Below the pieces are notes generated by a model, which saw only the letters and a program-made list of their open reading frames with translations, made no database searches and had not been told where the DNA came from. A stretch of DNA of 60,857 nt, the filler included, from Nemertoderma westbladi (Eukaryota > Animalia > Xenacoelomorpha), in assembly GCA_032718475.1 (NCBI GenBank). It is 3 parts of 3 records of this genome, joined end to end, with 100 filler letters (N's around TTAATTAATTAA, not from the genome) between each part and the next. Parts side by side here need not be neighbours in the genome. Positions count along the whole stretch, not along the records: positions 1 to 23,140 come from JAUCBJ010005526.1; 2 more parts are not named here. The stretch is one strand, 5' to 3'. The translations under genes and the position numbers were made by a program. This document shows, piece by piece, positions 1 through 11,200 of the stretch (position 1 is its first letter; each line of letters opens with the position of its first letter).

Positions 1-1156
1 ACTGCCCGAGCAGGAGGTCCATCCCCCGCCGTCTCTCGTCCACCCATTCGACCGCCGAAGCGGGAGTCGCCAACGTTGTAGCGGGCGGACGAGGGACAAC
101 GGGCGACAAATCCGGAATATTTCGCTCGGGGTCCAGGACCTGAACTGTCGCCTGGGCAGTTCTACTGGGCACAGGTAGCTTAGTGCTATGTAGAGGGAAT
201 TTAGAAGTAGCTTCAGGGAGCACAGGTGTGTCTATCACCGAAGGGGTGATTTCAAGAACAGGCCTAATTATTTCAGGCTCATCTACTATAGTAGGGAGTC
301 TTTCTATTGTAATTATTTGGTCTGTGGGCTCTGTACTACCTAAGTTGGTGTTATTTAGTTGCCTTCTAACAGCTGGAGGCAAATCAGGCAATTTCTGCCG
401 GTGGAATGTTCTTTTACGTCTGCTTAGGCGAGATCGATTTCTTCCGCCTTCAGTGTCGGTGGTATCGCCTTCCTCAGATGAGGTATACCCTTGTCTTTTG
501 GGAGTAGATCGACTCATCATCTGCATATTACTAGCTGCTAACTGTTTACTGAAGTCGTCTTGCTTCTCTTGAAGATTTTCCAACTCCAGTTGGATGATCT
601 CTTCAGCCGCTTTTCGTTCTACTTCCGCCACTGCTGCCGCTTTTGCCTCTGCTGCTGCCGCTTTTGCCTCTGCCGCTGCCGCTTTTCGTTCTGCTTCCGC
701 CACTGTTCGTTCTGCTTCCGCCACTGTTCGTTCTGCTTCCGCCACTGTTCGTTCTGCTTCCGCCACTGCTGCCGCTTTTGCCGCTGCCGCTGCCGCTTTT
801 GCCTCTGCCGCTGCCGCTTTTCTTTCTGCCTCTGCCACTGCTGCTATCTTTCTGTCTTCTATACGCTTTTTCCTTACTTGTTCTTCCTTTTCTCTAGCGA
901 TGCGGAGTTGTTCATCGAATTTAGCTTGGTTCGCCGCTAACCTATCCACATCAATCGCATCTAACACAAGTTTGGCTCCTTCGCTATTAGGGCTAAGTCC
1001 CTCTAGCCTTCTCCTCAACTCTTCATCTCCCACAAAACGCTGATAGTCTGACAGATAGATATCAATGGCATCCTTCTTATGCGGTTTCTCTGCTGTCACT
1101 TCGCTCTCCGTTGTATCTAGTAGACTGTCTGACAGGTTCTGCTTTGCGTCAGACAT
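1..1156 (-). CDS. N-terminal part of a gag-like ORF of an LTR retrotransposon (probably BEL/Pao); runs off the left edge
   Basis: ATG at 1156 gives MSDAKQNLSDSLLDTTESEV..., open to the window edge. It has an Ala/Glu/Lys coiled coil (VAEAERT repeats) followed by a Pro/Ser/Thr-rich region. It lies about 2.2 kb downstream of an LTR 3' end (3368), a layout similar to the BEL gag at 49678. No diagnostic gag domain is inside the window. Confidence 0.6.
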   Translation of the reverse strand, partial: MSDAKQNLSDSLLDTTESEVTAEKPHKKDAIDIYLSDYQRFVGDEELRRRLEGLSPNSEGAKLVLDAIDVDRLAANQAKFDEQLRIAREKEEQVRKKRIEDRKIAAVAEAERKAAAAEAKAAAAAAKAAAVAEAERTVAEAERTVAEAERTVAEAERKAAAAEAKAAAAEAKAAAVAEVERKAAEEIIQLELENLQEKQDDFSKQLAASNMQMMSRSTPKRQGYTSSEEGDTTDTEGGRNRSRLSRRKRTFHRQKLPDLPPAVRRQLNNTNLGSTEPTDQIITIERLPTIVDEPEIIRPVLEITPSVIDTPVLPEATSKFPLHSTKLPVPSRTAQATVQVLDPERNIPDLSPVVPRPPATTLATPASAVEWVDERRRGMDLLLGQ

Positions 1157-2464
1157 GTTTGTGTGTACAGTTGAATGTCTACTGCTGTATTACAGTCTGA
1201 GCAAGTCTAGTAACTCAGTATTAACTGATAGCCTAGTAATTAATTACCGGTACTGCTACTCAGTGTAGCGTGATATATATAATATATTAGAATACCGGTA
1301 TGCTTATAGTATATATAACTATTATTACAGACTAGGTTTATCACAGAATACCGGTATAATTTTAGCACAAATGTATATAAATATATAATAGGCCTATCGG
1401 GAATACCGGTATACAGCTTACAGTTTGTAGTATATATAATTCTGGACTAGAATTAATTACAAGTACCGGTATAATTTCAGCCTAGATTTATAGAAATAAG
1501 ATAATAGGCCTATCGTAAATACAGGTATATCAATTATTTTAGAATAATTGAATTTCTGAACTTTAGGGTTACTTGGTTACTTTAACTTACTTTATTACCG
1601 TTATTTAAGCAGTAATCCAACTGATATTGAGACCTAATGGTTTTATGGTATGCCTACTATTTATAAATCGTTGGATTTGATTTATAATATATATACCCGT
1701 TTTAATGGGTTTTGTCTATGTTTGAAATAAATGTTATTATTTCTGGGGAGTAATCACTACACAAAGCGGTGCGCTTTCAGTGAAGTGTTACGTATAGGAC
1801 ACTAAAACAAATAATTCTAATTTACCTAAGTTACTTAATACTACAAATTACGTACAATTCGGGTTGAGATTACAATCTCTAAATAAACACAAAAATTTAC
1901 AAAAACGCAAATACGAATTTTTTAGGGTAATTTTACAAGAAGTCTACAAACCAGCCTAACAAAGGGTTAGATAACCGGTTATTACAACGGACAGAGTACT
2001 ACGGTATTTGAAATAATAAGTAGTAGTAAATACACTGCGTTGTCTAGATAGGAAAATACCACCGCCTGACGACCTATAGCCGTATCGCTATAGGTTCTAC
2101 GTTATGTATCACGGAGTGTTCCTACCTAGAAGTTAATAGAGCTAATCGAATGTGCCTATCAACCACTTTACAACACAAATATAATGTCTACAATAATTAC
2201 TTCGGAAAGCACTGTACACTAAACCCTAAATTAGGTACAAGTACTTGTACAACAGATAATCAGTAGTTAAATATACTTGAACAGCTAAAAGAACCACGGC
2301 ATCTGCTGGAGTGACCGATGCACAAAATCACCAGTCTTTACCTACGCCGAGCAGCCCGTGTAGTACCGGGGTTAATTTAACTATAGCGGTATGTATAACA
2401 AACACAATTACTGTAGGAACAAACTTGGGGAATGAATGTTGCGGATAATCGCATAAACTCTGAA

Positions 2465-3040
2465 TAATAAATATTACGCTACGCGTACAAACTACTCAAA
2501 CAAAATACAGACCGAACACTGACAGACTACTATCAAGCCTAAACAAACTACGGTATATGCAGACTCCGAAATGATTAGGGAGTATGCGCTCTAACCCAGT
2601 AGTGCGACTTATTCTTTAGTTGGGGGATTACCTTACAGCGTTCGCTGCCCCTACTGCCTAATCGTACTTAATCGGACAGATGATCTACACACGCGGCAAT
2701 CCGTTCAGACCTAATAACAGCCAGACAACTATCCAGCCTACAAATTATCTAAATAAAATTATACGCTACCCGTACAGACTTACACAAACAAAGTACAGAC
2801 TAAACGATGGCAGACCACTCTCAAGCCTAAATAAACCACAGGACATGCAGACTCCGAAATGATTAGGGAGTATGCGCTCTAACCCAGTAGTGCGACTTAT
2901 TCTTTAGTTGGGGGATTACCTTACAGCGTTCGCTGCCCCTACTGCCTAATCGTACTTAATCGGACAGGTGATCTACACACACTGCAATTCGTTCGGACTT
3001 AACAGCAATCAGACAACAGCTCAGCCTACAAATCGTCTGT
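2465..3040. repeat. Tandem duplication with a 288-bp period in the retroelement 5' leader
   Basis: AGACTCCGAAATGATTAGGGAG... occurs at 2561 and 2849. The core of about 120 bp is identical and the flanks are diverged. Confidence 0.9.
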
Positions 3041-3367
3041 ACTATCTGATCAGGCTTACACGCCTTCTGTTCAATACTGGCCTACAAATAAATAAAACTT
3101 GACAGAGATAAGTAAACCATATAAAGGTATAAGGGGTGATCAATCCCTAATCCCTCAAACAGCCTACCGGTATACAACAATCAAATCGAATAATACTAGT
3201 GTACTTATACGGAAGTACCGGTTAGGACAGCTAGGCCTATGGACCTACAGAAGTACCGGTTCTAACGGTTGAGCCTACTGACCTACAGATGTACCGGTTC
3301 AGGTTTACCGGTTGACTGGTACTTTCAACTTTATTGCTTACTGCAACAAAGAAGCTATATCCTTTAA

Positions 3368-4608
3368 TGTTCGCGCTTTCAGACCTTTGGCAGTTTAACC
3401 CACCAAATTAAGATGTCTTCTAGATATTAAATCGCTTTTTAGCCTATGACAAGTATTTGATTCACTACACTAGTCGAAACCAATCCGTGCGCGACCATTC
3501 ACCCGCTGGATATTCCCGGGAGATTGGGTTCGACGGTTTAATTTTGTTGCTATGTAAGCCTAATGTATTATTCGACTGACAGTATTATATAATCTCTGAC
3601 AATATTATTCACCTTAGGTAATATTAACAGTTCCTTTAGGACGTGGCGCTTTATCTACTTAAACAGAGTTATGACTTAAACTACTCACAACGATATGGCT
3701 TAATTATAATTCACATATATGGCGCATTCTTTAGGAATTGCTTCTTTAACAGACTCACTCATACACAATGCTGCACAATACTGCACACTAATCTGCCAAT
3801 CTTCACTGATTTTAGTCACATATAAAAGGAACACAGAGTGACTCATGTAGGGTCTATCAAATAACATTAGATGCACTTCAAACCACTTTAACATAAGTCA
3901 CAATCGTTTATCTGTAACCCTTCTCTCTTACCTTCGGTATATCAAGAATATTGGGTTTCGGGGTTATTTATCGTTATTCCAAATATAATTATTCATCAAC
4001 CATATTATGAAGAACTGACGGTAAATAGCAGTATAAAACAACAATGAAAACACCGATTGTTATGAGTTTGCAATGTTTCAGCAGTCAGTATGTATGATCA
4101 GTTAGCAGTGATTCCATGAGTCAGGTAGGTTAAAGGATATATGCCCTTTATAATTAAACCTACTAGTGTAAGACTAAAAACTAAAACACGGAGGTGCCAA
4201 AGCCGGTTCTTAGGCTTCTGGGCAAAAACATAACACTGAACTACTGAGTTTCTGTATATACCTCCAACACAAAGACAACAAACGCTCTGATTGGTCAACC
4301 TGAACAACGAGAGAACAGAGAAACAAAGAAACGTCGACGTGGCAATATCAGCTGCTAGCTGTCGTCATGGTAGCGACACTGTTTTCAAGAGTATCGAGCT
4401 TTTACGTCACGGAATTACGGATTATGTCCTCTAAAGTACAAATACAGAAGAAATAGCTCTTATGTCCGCTAAAACACCAGTACAGCAAGGACACGGCCTT
4501 TTTATGCCTGGTAAACCAACTACAGAGTACTTTACGGGAAAAATAAGGAAAAATAACCGGACAATTCAGTAAAAGCTTTTACAACTGCGCTCTCTACACG
4601 ACTCTACA
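3368..4608 (-). mobile_element. 5' LTR (family A) of the element whose gag starts at 1156; 5' boundary approximate
   Basis: The minus-strand end ...GAAAGCGCGAACA at 3368 is shared with copies ending at 23977 and 50357, and homology stops at the CA. A CCAAT box (about 4290) and TATATA (about 4258) lie on the minus strand. Candidate TGTAGAG starts are at 4598 or 4608. Confidence 0.75.
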
Positions 4609-5010
4609 AAGTCAAAGGATCAAATATTGTCATCTATTTATTGTAATTATTATAAATTTCCGTCATTTTTATCTCAGGAATACACAATCAGCTGGTTCCT
4701 GGTTAAGGGGAAAATTATCAAACAAAGTAAATCAATAATCCTGTAGGCGTGAGACAGTGTAACAGCGAGACAGTGTGACATTTATTTGTAACTTGTTTAA
4801 AAAAAAATACTTTATGTTACGGTAATATTTTATTTATATCTAATATAGTTATAATTAAGAAATTAATTAATTTATCTACCTGTTGAGTCAAATTGTGAAG
4901 TGCGAATGGGAAAGTTATTGTCAAGAATCATCCATCTAGGATTGATGAAATTAAATAGTCCTTGAATAACAGCAGTACCGGTACCATGGGGCACACATGT
5001 ACGAGCTCAC

Positions 5011-5235
5011 CTGATCGCGTGGCTGCAACGGCTCCGGTATCGATTGAGAAGGCTCCACTAAACTATACTCCAATCTATTACTCAAGGCGGATAATGCTAA
5101 AGCTGAGTTATGTCGCACGCTAGTGTAGGCTCTTAGGTTGCCGCTGTTCATAAACGTATCAGGGATGGAATGCCGGACAGATACCTCGAACTCCAGGTAG
5201 AGAACCTCCCGACGTAGGTTGAGATAATCAGCAGT
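5011..5235 (-). CDS. Host gene exon (TADYLNLRRE...LQPRDQ)
   Basis: cttcag| acceptor, |gtgagc donor, phase 0 to 0. Confidence 0.85.
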
Positions 5236-8200
5236 CTGAAGATAATTTATAATAATTAGTGCCACACAGAGAAGCAATAAATATGCGAAATACCTGTAAA
5301 TATAATAGAAATTATAACTCAATTAATTGATGAGATCGCCAACGAATTTCACTGATAATGTTTCACTTGAATTTAATACAATTTATACACCAGACATAAT
5401 GAAAGTACACAATCCAGCTGTTACACCTACTGTACCTGTAGTACAGGACTATTTCAGATCCTCCAGCTATTTAGCCCCACACTGTACTGGGCGTCTCCTC
5501 AGCTGTTACGGACTGTACGGGTCCTACAGCTGTTAGGCCTACCTGTACTGGACTGCACGGGTCCTCCAGCTGTTAGGCCTACCTGTACTGGACTATAAGG
5601 ATCATCCAGGTTGTCCAACTGTTTCTGTAGATCGAGTAGTTCCGAGGCGATCCCTTCAGAACCTCCCCAATCGGCTGCGACTTTCCGGGTGCCCCTGCGT
5701 GAGACCGAACTTCCGCAACGTGCGTAGGCCGCGAGGAAGTGGAGAATATCGTGGAGAGCGGAACTGATACGAAGTACCAGAGCCAGAGATTTCCGACACA
5801 CTGAAACACAAAGTAAATACTGTAGGCCCTATATGAAGTATGTAGTAGCAGAGTAGTGCTGAATGTTTCACATGAAGACATACGTATGTGATGAATTACA
5901 ACAACATATTATTGGTGTACAGTTTTGCAGAGTCAGAAACTGTAACATATGCAATTAGGTGAGGAGTGAGCCTGTCCTGTCGTCCAATAAGATGGGCACT
6001 TCTAACCTCAACGTGCAACTTTAACCTTCTCCTTTTCCCTGTAACGTGCCACTACTACACTTTTAGCAGCATAGCAGCAGCTTGGGCGACGGAGTGGATG
6101 GGTTTACTTTGGAAGGTCGGCTTAACGAGCCTAAAAGATTATCCCATTCATATGGTGCCACTTTTAACTTTCTCCATTACGCTATAATGTGCCACTGCAT
6201 TTTAACCTTCTCCTTATAACTTGCCATTTTAACCTTCTCGTTTTCCTTATAATGTGCCATTTTAACCATCTCCTTATAACTTGCCATTTTAACCTTTTCC
6301 TTATAACGTGCCATTTTAACCTTCTCCTTTTCCTTATAACGTGCCAATTTAACCTTCTCCTTTTCCTTATAACATGCCATTTTAACCTCCTCCTTTTCCT
6401 TATAAGATGCCATTTTAACCTCCTCCTTTTCCTTATAACGTGCCATTTTAACCTTCTTATTTTCCTTATAACGTGCCATTTTAACCTTCTCTTTATAACT
6501 TGCCATTTTAACCTTTTCCTTATAACGTGCCATTTTAACCTTCTCCTTTTCCTTATAACGTGCCAATTTAACCTTCTCCTTTTCCTTATAACGTGCCATT
6601 TTAACCTCCTCCTTTTCCTTATAACGTGCCATTTTAACCTCCTCCTTTTCCTTATTACGTGCCATTTTAACCTTCTCCTTTTCCTTATAACGTGCCATTT
6701 TAACCTCCTCCTTTTCCTTATTACGTGCCATTTTAACCTTCTCCTTTTCCTTATAACATGCCATTTTAACCTCCTCCTTTTCCTTATAGGATGCCATTTT
6801 AACCTCCTCCTTTTCCTTATAACGTGCCATTTTAACCTTCTCCTTTTCCTTATAACGTGCATTTTAACCTTATCCTTTTCCTTATAACCTGCCATTTTAA
6901 CCTTCTCCTTATAACTTGCCATTTTAACCTTTTCCTTATAACTTGCCATTTTAACCTTCTCATTTTCTTTATAACGTGCCACCTTTAACCTGCTCCTCTC
7001 TTCCTTATCAATATTTATTATTATTAATTCGCATAGACGATATTCTTCAATTATTGTTCCCTCTGTCTCACTGATAGAATAAAAAATGTTTGGTTAGGGA
7101 TAGGGATTGTTTAAAATGGTGGCACCATCCATGCCTTCATAGAAGAAGGGATAACTAGTAAGAGATCGAGGATCATTCGGTTGGGTTTACTGGCTTCATA
7201 TTTCACTGTAATCTACATAACTTTACTTTCACTTTACCCCGTTTTACAGTTCGATTATCTAAAGTTACAGTATTAATAAAGTGTAGCTGTGAAGGTGTAT
7301 TAGGTACTGTGGTATATAATGTCGGAAGGACGACTTACCATCGCCGTCCAAGTGCTTGAACATATTGAGAACCTCAGAGAAGTGCGGAAGAAACCATATG
7401 TTGAGTAGAACCCTCCCGTTACTGGAGACCATCCGTCGAGGTCGTCGATGGAAGTTCTTCGGGTTCGGGGTGATCCCCTTAACTCCATCGTCGTCCGGAG
7501 ACAGGTTCTCGTTCGGCCCTCCGACCTGGAAGTGAGAATCCCGTAGCTGCGGGAACGATTCCAGAAGCATCAACATGCTGTTTACGTTGCCTACGATTTG
7601 GGCACGCAACGAATACTCCCCAAAACATTTGGTTAACTTGGCGTTAAACATCCGCAATAAACGGCGTTTCAGTTTCGCCATCTCGGATTGACTCTTCAAC
7701 ACGCTGCCCATAGAATCTTTCTTCGCTAGGAAATCGTTCATCATTTGATCGCGGAGACACATTTTAACCATTTGTATGGAGACGAAAGATTCTGGAAGTT
7801 TTTTGTAGCGATCGAGTGTTGCTGGTTTGGCACCGTAGACGAACTGCTGTTGTATCGCCCCAGCCTGTCCCAGGCTGTAGGTAGTCGAGGTAGACCTACT
7901 GCGGCCTTCAATGTTTGGGGAATGAGGGGTCTCGAAGCGGGATCGTGGTTGGGTCGTCTCTGCAGTAACCATGGTGTCCACCGAGCACTGGTTGATCAAC
8001 TCCACCGCAGTTAGCAGACCATCTTTGTGCGCCAATTGCGACATCAGACAGACCTGGAGGTTCTCCACCCCTCCGTTACTCAGCAGCTCCATTACTGATT
8101 CTCTTGATCTGATAAGTTATAAATAAAAAATTATTTAATTAGTTGTTGAAATATTTGTAATGTGTAATTATTTTATTATTTATTATTATTAATTTATAAT

Positions 8201-11200
8201 TGCCACGCTAATTAATATTGATTATTTAATTATTAAACAATTTTGCTGGGTGTTAATTACATAATTAAAATTGAAAACAATTATTAATATCCTTAATGTA
8301 CAGTGTACACTGTATTTCTTAAAAGTTGATAATCCAAATAATATTTAGTTCTCGGTCATGCTGGTTTGGTAATAATATTTAATTGACTCCAGTAATGGTA
8401 CTGTATTTCTTGCTTCCAATATTATCTTAACGATCATTAAGTTCTTAACTTGTAGAACATTTTTAAATTACCATGAAAAATGTATCGGGAATAATTAGTT
8501 ATTTAGAACGTTATTTAAAAATTATTATTGTTGACTAAAAATTTAAATAATTAATGTCAATTTGGTGTCTCGTAGGAGTATTTCAATATGCCGCTTCTCT
8601 CATTCGTCTAAATATTCGTAAAACAACTATTTATAATCAATCGTGCATTAAATGTGGATAACCTGAAACTGAAACATCCGACTTGTTGTTCCTCTACGTC
8701 ATGTATCGCGAGAGTAAGATGTGATGGAACGTATCGGTCGAGCGTTCCTTCCTCGTCTTGTAAATCCAACACCATCATGCGGGACTTATCCGCATCCTCT
8801 TTATAACTAGCGTATTCAAACTGGATGCATCTAGACGCATACAGAATATTGGTGAATTGATTATTTAGAAACAAAATTTATTACCGTTAATAATATTAAA
8901 CAATAATAAATATAACGTATTAGAAACCTAACTTATTAGATAACTAACGTATTAGAAACCTAACGTATTAGAAACCTAACGTATTGGAAACCTAACGTAT
9001 TGGAAACCTAACGTATTAGAAACCTAACGTATTAGAAACCTAAAGTATTAGAAACCTAACGTATTATAAACCTAACTTATTAGAACCTAACATATTAAAA
9101 ACCTAACGTATTATAAACCTAACGTATTAGAACCTAACGTATTAGAAACCTAACATATTAGAAACCTAACGTATTAAATACCTAACGTATTATAAACCTA
9201 ACGTATTAGAAACCTAACGTATTAGAAACCTAAAGTATTATAAACCTAACGTATTAGAAACCTAACGTATTAGAAACCTAACGTATTAGAAACCTAACTA
9301 ACATATTAGAACCTAACGTATTAGAAACCTAACGTATTAGAAACCTAACGTATGAGAAACTAACGTATTAGAACCCTAACGTATTAAATACCTAACATAT
9401 TAAAAACCTAACGTATTAGAAACCTAACGTATTAGAAACCTAACGTATTAGAACCTAACGTATTAGAAATCTAACGTACTAGAAACCTAACGTATTAAAA
9501 ACCTAACGTATAAGAAACCTAACGTATTAAAAACCTAACTTATTAGAAACCTAACGTATTAGAAACCTAACGTATTAGAAACCTAACGTATTAGAAACCT
9601 AACTAACATATTAGAACCTAACGTATTAGAAGCCTAATTAACATATTAGAACCTGACGTATTAGAAACCTAACGTATTAGAAACCTAATTAACATTTTAG
9701 AACCAACTTATTAGAAACCTAACGTATTAGAAACCTAATTAACATATTAGAACCTAACGTTTTAGAAACCTAACGTATTAGAAACCTAATTAACATATTA
9801 GAACCTAACTTATTAGAAACCTAACGTATTAGAAACCTAACGTTTTAGAAACCTAACGTATTAGAAACCTAATTAATATATTAGAACCTAACGTATTAGA
9901 AACCTAACGTATTAAAAAACCTAATTAACATATTAGAACCCAACTTATTAGATCCTAACGTATTAGAAACCTAACGTATTAGAACCCTAACGTATTAGAA
10001 ACCTAACTAACATATTAGAACCTAACGTATTAGAAACCTAATTAACATATTAGAACCTAAACCTTTTCTAACGTACTAGAAACCTAACGTATTATAAACC
10101 TAACGTATTAGAAACCTAAGTTATTAGAACCCTAACGTATTAGAACCCTAACGTATTAGAACCCTAACGTATTAGAAACCTAACGTATTAGAAACCTAAC
10201 ATATTATAAACCGAACGTATTAAAAACATAACTTATTAGAAACCTAACGTATTAGAAACCTAACGTATTAGAAACCTAATGTATTAGAAACCTAATGTAT
10301 TAGAAACCTAATGTATTAGAAACCTAATGTATTAGAAACCTAATGTATTAGAAACCTAATGTATTAGAAACCTAACGTATTAGAAACCTAACGTATTAGA
10401 AACCTAATGTATTAGAAACCTAAGTTATTAGAAACCTAACGTATTAGAACCCTAACGTATTGGAAACCTAACGTATTCGAAACCTAACGTATTAAAAACC
10501 TAACGTATTAGAAACTTAACGTATTAGAAACCTAAAGTATTAGAAACCTAAAGTATTAGAAACTTAACGTATTAGAAACCTAACATATTAGAAACCTAAC
10601 GTATTAGAAACCTAACGTATTAGAAACCTAACGTATTGGAAACCTAACGTACTAGAAACCTAACGTATTAAAAACCTAACGTATTAGAAACCTAAAGTAT
10701 TAGAAACCTAAAGTATTAGAAACATAACGTATTAGAAACCTAAAGTATTATAAACATAACGTATTAGAAACCTAACGTATTAGAAACCTAACTTATTCGA
10801 TAACTAACGTATTAAAAACCTAACTTATTAGAACCTAACGTATTAGAACCCTAACGTGTTAGAAACGTAACATATTAGAAACCTAATTAACATATTAGAA
10901 CCTAAACCTTTTCTAACGTACTAGAAACCTAACGTATTATAAACCTAACGTATTAGAAACCTAAGTTATTAGAACCCTAACGTATTAGAACCCTAACGTA
11001 TTAGAACCCTAACGTATTAGAAACCTAACGTATTAGAAACCTAACATATTATAAACCTAACGTATTAAAAACATAACTTATTAGAAACCTAACGTATTAA
11101 AAACCTAACGTATTAGAAACCTAACTTATTAGAAACCTAACGTATTAGAAACCTAACGTATTAGAAACCTAATGTATTAGAAACCTAATGTATTAGAAAC

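Noticed and set aside
183-1043. Plus-strand Ala-, Cys- and Leu/Pro-rich ORFs
   Set aside because: They are antisense shadows of the minus-strand gag-like coiled-coil repeats.
3700-3894. 64-aa ORF retained in two LTR copies (also 23451..23645)
   Set aside because: The two translations differ at about 9 of 64 residues, including radical changes such as W/R. That fits neutral divergence of young LTRs rather than purifying selection.
6177-6982. Three long repetitive ORFs (MARYKEKE, KRRRLKWHVIR and CHFNLLLFLIT repeats)
   Set aside because: They are by-products of a 33/27-bp intronic minisatellite with unit lengths divisible by 3, and the flanking exons join in phase without them.
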